Positions 18,283-26,679 of a stretch of DNA of 28,637 nucleotides are shown here, piece by piece. Position numbers and translations under genes: made by a program. Position 1 is the first letter of the stretch; each line of letters opens with the position of its first letter. Source of the stretch: Candidatus Heimdallarchaeota archaeon (GTDB taxonomy: Archaea; Asgardarchaeota; Heimdallarchaeia; Heimdallarchaeales; Heimdallarchaeaceae); contig JAEOTE010000072.1 in the NCBI GenBank assembly GCA_016839945.1, positions 1 through 28,637 on the forward strand. The letters run 5' to 3'. The notes under the pieces were generated by a model. It saw nothing but the letters and a program-made list of their open reading frames with translations, made no database searches and had not been told where the DNA came from.

Positions 18283-18537
18283 ATGATATTTGTGGCTATA
18301 GCTCTTGAAAATCCCGAAATAAAACAAGATCTTGTAACAGGATTACCTCCAAGTGCAATCACCATATATAAGATTGTTATTGGAAAGGGACCTATAACAA
18401 GTAGAGAAATTGTAGAATTATGTAATTTAGCTCCAAGAACAGTTCGACATGGATTAAAACTTCTAGTAAGAGCTGGTTTAATTCAAAAGTTACCTCATCT
18501 CCTCGACATGAGGTCATGTAAGTTTTATGTGGATTAA
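18283..18537 (+). CDS. Small winged-helix transcriptional regulator (MarR/ArsR-like archaeal family)
   Basis: LPPSAITIYK...GPIT...LAPRTVRHGLKLL...GLI...DMR, matching the archaeal LPPSAK...RTVRYAL...DAR family. Confidence 0.85.
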   Translation: MIFVAIALENPEIKQDLVTGLPPSAITIYKIVIGKGPITSREIVELCNLAPRTVRHGLKLLVRAGLIQKLPHLLDMRSCKFYVD

Positions 18538-18578
18538 GACAAAGTGCTTCAAATATTGAATTAATTTTTAAAAAAAGA

Positions 18579-20879
18579 TTAGACTTCCACATCACTTGAG
18601 TGGAAGAGTACATCTCTATTTATAGCAGCTTTAAATAATTGTAGTAGTAAATCATTAGTAGTTCTGACAGCTATTGGAATTTCTTCTGCTGTAAGAAAGG
18701 CAAAAATGGCTTCTTGATTGCCATCAAGTATTCCACAATACACATCTCTTTTATCATAATGTTTCATTTTCAAACCAGTAAATCGATCTTGAAGAGGTCT
18801 TAACACTGTTTGATGTTTACTCTTCTCAAAATAAGAAACTAAAGTGACTCGTTGAGCTTTGGTATACTGCATCATTTCTTTTAGTAGTTCTTCATCAAGA
18901 TCAGGTGTAACAAGTAATAATTCGTATTTAGACCTCATTGCAATATCTGTGATACTTGCTTTGATTGCTTCCTCTCCAACAATTATTGATGTATTGTGTT
19001 GTCCTTCAAAAGCATATGATGATGAAGCTCTATCTATTTGTCTTAATTCATCTTCTCTTGTATTAATAACTTGATAGAAGGTCATTGCTTTTTCCATCAA
19101 AGAATCAAGTTGTAAAACAAGAAGTTCATCTACATCCTTAACTACTGACGCTACTTGTGAAACCAATGTATTAATTTGGATTTCTTCTCCTTCTGTTACT
19201 TGTTGTACTATTTGATCCTTTTGTTCATCTTTATAATCCTTCAAATGTTGTTTTGCATTGGTTAATCCTTGAGCAAACTCATCGTTTTTCAAATTAACTT
19301 TGTCCTTGAATTGCACCACTGAGTTTTGTAGTTTTTCTTTCAAATCCAAAGCCATTTTTTCTGAATCTTGTTTTGATTTACTCAATTCTTTTATTGTATC
19401 ATCTTGGAGTTTTTGGAGTACTTGAGATTGTTCAACTGTATAGGTTGAAAATCCCTTTAATGCTTCTTCTTTTGATGAAGTAAGTTGAGAAGATATTGTT
19501 TGTTTTAGCTCTTCAGTTACATTTGAGCAAGAATCATAAGCGGAAGTTGCATATTTTTCTGTTTGATCTTGAAGTAATTCCAATATATTTGTTGGAAGTA
19601 AATCTATTTGTTCAATAGCTACGTCTGTAAGTTGATTTTTCTTTGTTCTTATCGATGTTTCTCCACTAAGTTGGAAATGATCTAATTTTGATCTAATTTG
19701 GTCTCTTACTTCATTTAATGTTAATACATGTTGATCAATTAGCTGTAAACCACTTTCATTAAGATCATTTGCCAGATTTCTTACAGTATCTCTGGCATCT
19801 GTCAAAGGTGATTCAATTTGTTTTCTTGCTTTTCCTAATTTCATAACAGTAGAGGTTTCTATAGCGTTTAGAGCTTCAGCTATCTTTGAAGACAGAAAAT
19901 TTGTTTGTCTATCTATTTGTTCCACACTTCTACGCAATTCTTGTGTTTGCTTTATTTGTTCTGAAAATAGATTATTTACATCTTGAGTCAGAGAATCTAT
20001 AATATTTTTGGATTCATTTGTCCAAGCAGCATATGCTTCTTGCCAAACCTTGTTAAAATTGTCTGAAAATGATTCTTGAATTTCAGTTACATTGGTAATT
20101 AATTCCTTTAATTCATTATCTAAATCAGGAGCTAAATTCGTCAAGTATTCTTTGTGATTTTCAGTATGAGCATCAAGACTGTTAGAAATAACTTGTATTA
20201 AGGAGTCGAATGTTTGTTGAATTTTCTGATCCATTGAACCTAAAATTTGTTCACTTTTTTGTTTAGAAGAATGATTAAATTGTTTGATAAATGCATTAAG
20301 TTCTTGAACATAATTTTCTAATTGAGCGGAAAAAACTAATGGTTGATCCATTATCTTTGTTAAATATCCCTCAACTTCATCTCTTATTCCTTCGATAAAA
20401 TTACTTGCTGAACCCTCAGTTTCATCAACATATTCAACATAGTTCTGATAAAGTGCATCAACTACTTGTTTTATTAATCCACTTACTACATGAATATCAA
20501 AAACATGTCCCTCTCCTGTAAGTTCAAGGGTTCCACCAAACTTTGATTTCTTATCTTGATATTCCGCTTTTGCAGTTTTAAGAGCAGTTATTGTTCCATC
20601 TAGAGAATATAAAGCATCCTTTTCAATAACTATGTATTCCTTAAGGAAAGGTAACAATCCAAAATATACAGGAGTACGACCAGCTGTTTTCTTTAAGAAA
20701 CCAAGTTCTTCTAAATTTTTAACAGATTGAATTAAAGTCAATGGATCTAAACCTGTTACAACTAGGAGCTCTCCTATTGTTACTTTTCCAAGTCCTAAGG
20801 TAGCAGAATAAACTTTGATATCAATTTCATTAAAACCTATACGTGTTAGTAGAGGAGGGAGAATATCTATTTTCGACAT
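18579..20879 (-). CDS. TrmB-like wHTH + long alpha-helical rod + C-terminal TrmB/PLD-like domain protein
   Basis: N-terminus GFNEIDIKVYSATLGLGKVT...LEELGFLKKTAGRTPVYFGLLP; several hundred Q/E/K/L/S-rich helical residues; C-terminus IVGEEAIKASITDIAMRSKYELLLVTP...GILDGNQEAIF...AVRTTN. Start at 20879 or 20888 is more plausible than 20984. Confidence 0.8.
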   Translation of the reverse strand: MSKIDILPPLLTRIGFNEIDIKVYSATLGLGKVTIGELLVVTGLDPLTLIQSVKNLEELGFLKKTAGRTPVYFGLLPFLKEYIVIEKDALYSLDGTITALKTAKAEYQDKKSKFGGTLELTGEGHVFDIHVVSGLIKQVVDALYQNYVEYVDETEGSASNFIEGIRDEVEGYLTKIMDQPLVFSAQLENYVQELNAFIKQFNHSSKQKSEQILGSMDQKIQQTFDSLIQVISNSLDAHTENHKEYLTNLAPDLDNELKELITNVTEIQESFSDNFNKVWQEAYAAWTNESKNIIDSLTQDVNNLFSEQIKQTQELRRSVEQIDRQTNFLSSKIAEALNAIETSTVMKLGKARKQIESPLTDARDTVRNLANDLNESGLQLIDQHVLTLNEVRDQIRSKLDHFQLSGETSIRTKKNQLTDVAIEQIDLLPTNILELLQDQTEKYATSAYDSCSNVTEELKQTISSQLTSSKEEALKGFSTYTVEQSQVLQKLQDDTIKELSKSKQDSEKMALDLKEKLQNSVVQFKDKVNLKNDEFAQGLTNAKQHLKDYKDEQKDQIVQQVTEGEEIQINTLVSQVASVVKDVDELLVLQLDSLMEKAMTFYQVINTREDELRQIDRASSSYAFEGQHNTSIIVGEEAIKASITDIAMRSKYELLLVTPDLDEELLKEMMQYTKAQRVTLVSYFEKSKHQTVLRPLQDRFTGLKMKHYDKRDVYCGILDGNQEAIFAFLTAEEIPIAVRTTNDLLLQLFKAAINRDVLFHSSDVEV

Positions 20880-21008
20880 ATTATTCATCCAACATTTTTT
20901 GCTTTTGATAACTAGGTATTTGTTTAATAAATAAGTCTTATTACAATATAAAAATAATTTAATATCCTTAAAAAGAATATACAAAAGGCAATAAACAGTA
21001 ACTAAAAT

Positions 21009-21659
21009 CTAGTTGTCTTCAACTCCTTTTCGAGGACATAAAAGGTTTAAGAAGCATTTATCACATTTAGGTTTTTGAGCTTTACAAATAGATCTACCAT
21101 GCGATATTAGTAGATGGGTGATTCGGCCCCATTTCTCTGTTGGGATTATCTTCATCAAATCTTGCTCAATTTTTATAGGATTTTTATTCTTAGTTAAACC
21201 TAAACGAAAAGAGATTCTCTTTACATGTGTATCTACCGCTATGCCTTCATGAATGTTAAACCAATCGTTTAGGAGTACGTTTGCAGTTTTTCTACCAATT
21301 CCAGGTAATTTTGTTAACTCTTCAATTGTTTTAGGAACCGTAGAATCATAATTTTCGATTAACTTGATTGACATCTCCTTGATGAATTTAGCCTTGTTTC
21401 TATACAAACCTACTTTAGCAATTGCTTCTTCAATGTCTTCTAGTTTTGCTGAAGCAAATGATTCTATTTTTGGATAACGGCTGAAAAGATCCTTTGTAAT
21501 AGAATTAACTTGTTTGTCAGTACTTTGTGCGCTTAAAACCGCAGCAACTAGTAATTGAAAAGGAGATGAATAGTTTTGAAGACCTCCTCGAAACTCAGGA
21601 TAATTACTTTCTAGTAGCGCTAGAATTTCATTGGTTTTTCCCTTATCTCCTTTGGTCAT
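21009..21659 (-). CDS. nth: Endonuclease III (HhH-GPD glycosylase with 4Fe-4S cluster)
   Basis: FQLLVAAVLSAQSTD, LPGIGRKTAN, AVDTHVKR and CKAQKPKCDKCFLNLLC motifs. Confidence 0.96.
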   Translation of the reverse strand: MTKGDKGKTNEILALLESNYPEFRGGLQNYSSPFQLLVAAVLSAQSTDKQVNSITKDLFSRYPKIESFASAKLEDIEEAIAKVGLYRNKAKFIKEMSIKLIENYDSTVPKTIEELTKLPGIGRKTANVLLNDWFNIHEGIAVDTHVKRISFRLGLTKNKNPIKIEQDLMKIIPTEKWGRITHLLISHGRSICKAQKPKCDKCFLNLLCPRKGVEDN

Positions 21660-21791
21660 TAAATTGAAGTTTTTATGTTAATTTTATATTTTTTGGAGTG
21701 CGTGATTCTTTTTGATCCTTTTTTTGTAAAAAGCTAGGACTTAAAAACTATTTTTCGAAGCTAATAGTGAAATTTTATGGAGAATTATTAA

Positions 21792-22334
21792 ATGAATGAC
21801 AATAAATTATTACTTAAAAAATTAGGTTATTTTGCATTGAAAAGCTTCATTTTCTTGGCATGGTTTTCAATCTTGCATTTTCTTTATACAGAATTAAGCG
21901 CAAATCCTTTCTTTCAAGCTATTGCTGGAACTGATGAGTCAGTTTTTCAGCATTTGAAAATAGGATTTTTCGGTTATTTGCTTACTATAGGTTGTGATTA
22001 CCTTATAGTTAGAAAGAAAATAGAAGACAAAAACTCTTTTGCTTTTTCAAGATTATTATCAAGCCTTCTAGTTCCATGGATTATCTTTGTAGTTTGGTAT
22101 ATTGTGCCAGCGATTGTTGGACATGAAATACCATTGGCATATGAATTAACATGGGCGTTTTTTGTAGTGCTCTTAACAGGAGTTATTGTGTCAATATTCG
22201 ATGAAAATACAGAAAAAATCAAATTCAATCTTGCTTCTAAGATTGCAATCGGAGCTCTAGTTGCTCTTTCAATATTCATTTTCATTTGGTTTTCGTTCGA
22301 ACTACCATGGATTGATGTTTTTGTTCTACCATAA
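21792..22334 (+). CDS. Multi-pass membrane protein (DUF6512-like)
   Basis: About five TM segments; LHFLY and DESVFQHLK resemble the family motif NESVWEHLK. Confidence 0.65.
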   Translation: MNDNKLLLKKLGYFALKSFIFLAWFSILHFLYTELSANPFFQAIAGTDESVFQHLKIGFFGYLLTIGCDYLIVRKKIEDKNSFAFSRLLSSLLVPWIIFVVWYIVPAIVGHEIPLAYELTWAFFVVLLTGVIVSIFDENTEKIKFNLASKIAIGALVALSIFIFIWFSFELPWIDVFVLP

Positions 22335-22452
22335 CAAAACACCCTCCATCTTTTTTCTTTTTATTTCTTGAGTTAATACCATCACAAATTATTTAAACCA
22401 ATTAGACTAATAGTTTCTATAGATTATGAAGGAAAGCTAGGGGAAAAAAGTC

Positions 22453-23022
22453 ATGGCAGCAGGACAAAGAAAAATATTCAAAATAACTTTGCTAGGAGAT
22501 GGAGCTGTAGGAAAAACTTCGTTAAGGAAGACTTACTTAGGGGAAGGATTCAAAGACGGATACTCTATGACAATAGGTGCTGATTTTGCAGTAAAAAGAC
22601 TTCGAATTGATGATCAGGACTTTGTTGCACAAATTTGGGATCTTGCAGGTCAGCAAAGATTTTCTGCTGTTCGTGAGGTTTATTATCGTGGGACATCTGG
22701 ATGTTTGCTTGTTTTCGATATTTCACGAAGATCGAGCTTTGAGAATATTCCTTCTTGGATCGCAGAACTTCTCAAGAATAATAGTAATAGAGTAGTTCCA
22801 ATTGTGTTAATTGGTAATAAATCCGATTTACGCGCTACAGCTAAAGATCCAATAATGCGAGAACAATCTGAAGAATATGCACGTTCTCTTTCACAGTGGT
22901 CTGGTTTTTCAGTTCCTTATATTGAAACTTCTGCTAAAACTGGTGAAAATGTAGATGAAGCCTTCAAAACTTTACTGAAAAACATAGTACTATTCTATGA
23001 AAAACTCTACGCCCAACAATAA
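22453..23022 (+). CDS. Rab-like small GTPase (Ras superfamily)
   Basis: G1 GDGAVGKT, G2 TIGADF, G3 WDLAGQ, G4 NKSD, G5 ETSAK; RabF-like motifs; no C-terminal Cys. Confidence 0.95.
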   Translation: MAAGQRKIFKITLLGDGAVGKTSLRKTYLGEGFKDGYSMTIGADFAVKRLRIDDQDFVAQIWDLAGQQRFSAVREVYYRGTSGCLLVFDISRRSSFENIPSWIAELLKNNSNRVVPIVLIGNKSDLRATAKDPIMREQSEEYARSLSQWSGFSVPYIETSAKTGENVDEAFKTLLKNIVLFYEKLYAQQ

Positions 23023-23032
23023 GTGATTTTTT

Positions 23033-23842
23033 TTATTCCACTTTATCTTTCTCATTTTCTGTTAGTGCAGCTTTTACGTTCATCGTTTCTTCATCAAAAG
23101 AAGGATGTAAAGAAACAGTTTCGTCTTCATTAATTACTAAGATTCGCATTTCTTCTAATTCTCTAATGTATCTTCTAGTTTGTGATAAAGACACTCCTAG
23201 AACAAATGATAGTTGAATTGGAGCAATAACACCCATTCTTCGTAATAGAGTAATAATGTTAAATCTTGGATCTGTTCTTACTAAACGTTCAAACACATCT
23301 TTTTGTTTATCCCACTTAATTTTATCTTCTTCTACTGATTTTAGTCTATCCTTCAGAGTTTTTTTCTCCGTTTCCATTGCTACTAATTGATCTGACAATT
23401 CGTAGATTAGTGACTCTCTCTCTTCCAATAAAAGCTTCATCAATTCTTTTTCGCTTTCAGGATCTGATTCTACATCGAATTTTTCTAAATCTATCTGTTT
23501 TGTTTCTTGAAGCATATTGTTTTTCTTCTTTGGTGCAACAGAAAGCATGCTTGACAAGAAGTTAAATAATCTGAAAAATTCTGATTTCATCTCTGATACT
23601 ATAAGTTCTGAAGAATTTTCTAATAACTCATTAACATATTCAAGAGCAGGAGATAATTCTAGAATTTCCTTACTTCTTCTTGAAGATTTTCTGGCTTTAA
23701 CATCTTTATCTTTCTGTGATTTTACATTATTTTTCATTTCTTTTACTTCTTCAGATAATTTCTCTATCTCATTGGCTATGTTAGAAAAATCAGGATCTTC
23801 TTCTCTTGTATCTTCATTTTCATTGTAGTCCATTATTACCAC
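23033..23842 (-). CDS. Coiled-coil protein with C-terminal winged helix
   Basis: Charged heptad-like segments followed by DPRFNIITLLRRMG...QLSFVLGVSLSQTRRYIRELEEMRILVI. The GTG start overlaps the upstream TAG; an alternative ATG is at 23833. Confidence 0.75.
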   Translation of the reverse strand: MVIMDYNENEDTREEDPDFSNIANEIEKLSEEVKEMKNNVKSQKDKDVKARKSSRRSKEILELSPALEYVNELLENSSELIVSEMKSEFFRLFNFLSSMLSVAPKKKNNMLQETKQIDLEKFDVESDPESEKELMKLLLEERESLIYELSDQLVAMETEKKTLKDRLKSVEEDKIKWDKQKDVFERLVRTDPRFNIITLLRRMGVIAPIQLSFVLGVSLSQTRRYIRELEEMRILVINEDETVSLHPSFDEETMNVKAALTENEKDKVE

Positions 23843-24675
23843 TATATTTTTGCTGTTGATTCGATTTTGAAACCTTCTGCTTCTGAAGGTGTTAGTTCCA
23901 AAGTTTCGCTTATGTAAGCTACTCCCATCAATTTTGTTATTGTAAAATTATCTTTAATTCTACTTCCAACTACATTTCGTGAGAAATAGAATATCCCTTG
24001 AGCAGCATTCATAATAATTCTTTCAGCAACTGGTTCTAAGACATCCTGTGGCAATAAAAAGAAATGAACTCCACCTATTTTTGCGAAAGACATGATAGAT
24101 TCTTTAAGAAAAGTGATCAATGCGTTTGCATCTTCATCTAATCTATCTTCCTTCATCCATAATAAATCATCAAAAACACTAAAACACTGTTTTTTTTGTG
24201 TTTCTTTAACATGTTTCATTCTCTCTATTATTTTTTTTACGTAAGTTTTTCTTCTGACTTCTATCTTTCCTAACTTCAGAGTTGTGTTCATTGCTGTACT
24301 TGATAAATCAAACATATTTTCGAAATACCAGTTTTTGTTCTCATAAGGAGAAACATCCCACTCATATGCTTGGAAAGAACGTAAAACATGATCATAAGGA
24401 CGACCACTGTGAACATAAAAAATAACATTGTCTCCAGATTTTTCTGCTAAATTTAGCATTATTCTTTGAGTGAATAAAGTTGGAATAACAGTTTCAGAAG
24501 GATAGCTAACAAGTATAAGAGAGCCTTCAGGTAAACCTCTTCTTGCAGAAAGTTCCATTCCTAATTTTTGGTCTAATGACCGAATACCTGTTAATATTAA
24601 CTCTCCTCTTGAATCCTTGTTGGACACTTTTTTTCCAACTCGTTCTATTCCGCTTTGGGGAGTTCCTACGTCCAT
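23842..24675 (-). CDS. KaiC/RAD55-like RecA-fold protein, predicted catalytically inactive
   Basis: TGIRSLDQKLG...GLPEGSLILV is the KaiC N-terminal signature. The Walker A position reads YPSETVIPT, Walker B SVFDDL, and the arginine-finger position ITKLMG. Confidence 0.8.
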   Translation of the reverse strand: MDVGTPQSGIERVGKKVSNKDSRGELILTGIRSLDQKLGMELSARRGLPEGSLILVSYPSETVIPTLFTQRIMLNLAEKSGDNVIFYVHSGRPYDHVLRSFQAYEWDVSPYENKNWYFENMFDLSSTAMNTTLKLGKIEVRRKTYVKKIIERMKHVKETQKKQCFSVFDDLLWMKEDRLDEDANALITFLKESIMSFAKIGGVHFFLLPQDVLEPVAERIIMNAAQGIFYFSRNVVGSRIKDNFTITKLMGVAYISETLELTPSEAEGFKIESTAKI

Positions 24676-24704
24676 TAAACATTCCTCGAATGTGTAATTA
24701 TTAA

Positions 24705-25220
24705 TTAAAATTGTTCTAGTTCTCTTAAGGCTAGTTCTAAATCTGAAATGAATTCATCTTGAACTTTCTTCTCTTCAACTACAACAGGTTCAACAGGTTT
24801 AGGATCAACGGGTTGAACCTCAGGAGTAGGAAGTGGTTTTGCTTCTATATCTAAGATGTTTCTTATCTTTTCAGCTGCAATTTTCATAGTTCTTCTAACC
24901 ATCCCAAGCGCTACACCTGTATCAGTTATCAGACATAAAACTGTGCTTCCACAACTAGCAACTAAGATTAATCCATCTGAAAACTCTGAGATAATGATAT
25001 CTAGTTCAGCTAGACCAACATTTGTTCCTTGTTGTTCACTAGCTAGATATACTGCGCTTGCAATAGCTCCAAGAGCTTCTGTTTCAAATTCATCGAATGC
25101 AAAACGTGAAGAATATGCCAGAGTTAAACCTGTCTTATCAGCTAATATTACATGATTAATATTAGCATCACTTGTAATTATTTCATGCAGAATTGTATTA
25201 ATTTGATCAGCACCATGCAA
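24705..25220 (-). CDS. Roadblock/LC7 (MglB-like) protein with Pro-rich linker and C-terminal amphipathic helix
   Basis: VILADKTGLTLA, ALGAIASA, IISEFSDGLILV and ALGMVR motifs. The TTG at 25220 follows GGTGA; the ORF track start is 25238. Confidence 0.88.
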   Translation of the reverse strand: MHGADQINTILHEIITSDANINHVILADKTGLTLAYSSRFAFDEFETEALGAIASAVYLASEQQGTNVGLAELDIIISEFSDGLILVASCGSTVLCLITDTGVALGMVRRTMKIAAEKIRNILDIEAKPLPTPEVQPVDPKPVEPVVVEEKKVQDEFISDLELALRELEQF

Positions 25221-25349
25221 ATAAATCACCAAGTACAACTTGAAGTTTCTTATGTTTAGTTTGTGATTACCCTATTTAAAGATTTCAAATGTTGTAGTCA
25301 TACATTTATTACAAGGAAATTTTTTAAACACCACATACTTTGTAGTATC

Positions 25350-26033
25350 ATGTCTAAAATTAGTCTTCCAGTGATTATTCTTAATTTTAAAAATTATACT
25401 GAAACAACAGGTAAGAAAGGTTTAGAACTAACAAAAATTGCTGAAGAAGTAGCAAAAGAAAAAGAAGCTGAAATCATAGTTTGTCCTCAAACTGCGGATA
25501 TTAGATTAATCTCATCAAATGTAGAAATACCAGTTTTCGCCCAGCATGTAGATTCGAACGATCCTGGGAGTCATACTGGGAATAACTTAATGGAAACTTT
25601 GATTGAAAGTGGTGCAAATGGTTCCCTAGTAAATCATTCTGAGCACCGATTGAAATTAGCAGATATTGAAAAAATAGTTACAAAAGCAAATAAAAATAAA
25701 TTCTTTACCTGTGTTTGTTCAAATAACATTCAAACAAGTAAAGCAATATCTGCATTATCACCAGATGCTTGTGCCATGGAACCTCCAGAGCTTATAGGTA
25801 GTGGTGTTTCAGTTACAACAAAACCAGATTTAATAAAAAAAACCATTTCAGCTATCAATAATATTAATGATGAAGTTTATCCTTTAGTTGGTGCAGGTGT
25901 AACTACTGCAAATGATATTATTGAAGCACTCCGCTTAGGAGCAAAAGGAGTTCTTCTAGCTTCAGGTTTTGTAAAAGCAAACAATCCTAAAAAAGTTCTG
26001 CAAGAAATGGCTAATGCTTTAAAAGAGAAATGA
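25350..26033 (+). CDS. tpiA: Triosephosphate isomerase (archaeal type)
   Basis: ILNFKNY, AQHVD, LVNHSEHR, EPPELIG, GAGV and GVLLASG motifs; ATG at 25350. Confidence 0.96.
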   Translation: MSKISLPVIILNFKNYTETTGKKGLELTKIAEEVAKEKEAEIIVCPQTADIRLISSNVEIPVFAQHVDSNDPGSHTGNNLMETLIESGANGSLVNHSEHRLKLADIEKIVTKANKNKFFTCVCSNNIQTSKAISALSPDACAMEPPELIGSGVSVTTKPDLIKKTISAINNINDEVYPLVGAGVTTANDIIEALRLGAKGVLLASGFVKANNPKKVLQEMANALKEK

Positions 26034-26061
26034 ATGAATATAGGAAAAGAGAAACAACTAC

Positions 26062-26529
26062 TTATTCATTCTTTTTCCACATTATTTTTTCTCCTTGTTG
26101 GATTTGAGTTAAAATCCCTGCTTCCTCCATTTGTTGAAGAGTTTTTGAAAATTCTTCCTTGGAAAGCGGTGCGTTACCTTGTTTCATAACTGCAAATTGG
26201 CATGATGCAAAAATTGCATCCTCAAACATAAATTTCGAAGAACCATATGATTCTAGAATTAAATCTGAGTTAGGAATATCATTATCTTTAACTACAGGTT
26301 TTTCTTTCTTGATTTCCTTTTCTTTTGTTTCCACTTTAGTTGCAACTTGTCCAGCTATCATATCACTTAAACCTTTACCATCAATTGATTCTCCAAAACC
26401 ATGTAATTCAGCTAACCAATGTAGAGCATGTGATACAAAGGTTTCAACAGATTCAAATTTCTCTTCCTCAACTAATTTTTCTATATGTTTGTAAAGTCCT
26501 TCAGGAATCTTAATTTCAAGTTCTTTCAT
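26062..26529 (-). CDS. Ribbon-helix-helix (CopG-like) + C-terminal winged-helix-like protein
   Basis: N-terminus ELEIKIPEGLYKHIEKLVEEEKFESVETFVSHAL fits RHH; C-terminus LSKEEFSKTLQQMEEAGILTQIQQGEKIMWKK fits a wHTH recognition helix and wing. Confidence 0.65.
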   Translation of the reverse strand: MKELEIKIPEGLYKHIEKLVEEEKFESVETFVSHALHWLAELHGFGESIDGKGLSDMIAGQVATKVETKEKEIKKEKPVVKDNDIPNSDLILESYGSSKFMFEDAIFASCQFAVMKQGNAPLSKEEFSKTLQQMEEAGILTQIQQGEKIMWKKNE

Positions 26530-26679
26530 TTCTTTAACTCCAATAATGTGATTAATTAAATGATACATTAAATATCCAAAGCTGTTTTAAAGGTTTTTTC
26601 TTAATTGCTTATTGTATAGAAACAGAAAAACTCTATAGTAATAAAATAAAGTCTTTTCTAAAATAATCAATGTAAGAAT

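Noticed and set aside
18579-19000. Active phospholipase D or nuclease defence effector
   Set aside because: No HxKxxxxD motif; the pattern fits the inactive TrmB effector-binding domain.
18579-20879. SMC/Rad50 or methyl-accepting chemotaxis protein
   Set aside because: No Walker A/B, hinge or zinc hook, no TM helices and no MCP hairpin signature.
2584-21659. Dedicated deaminated/oxidised-base repair island (dCMP deaminase, ITPase, EndoV, EndoIII)
   Set aside because: The genes are spread over 19 kb in separate transcription units and are common housekeeping genes.
23842-24675. Circadian KaiC or RadA/RadB recombinase
   Set aside because: Single domain with no P-loop lysine and no KaiA/KaiB neighbours.
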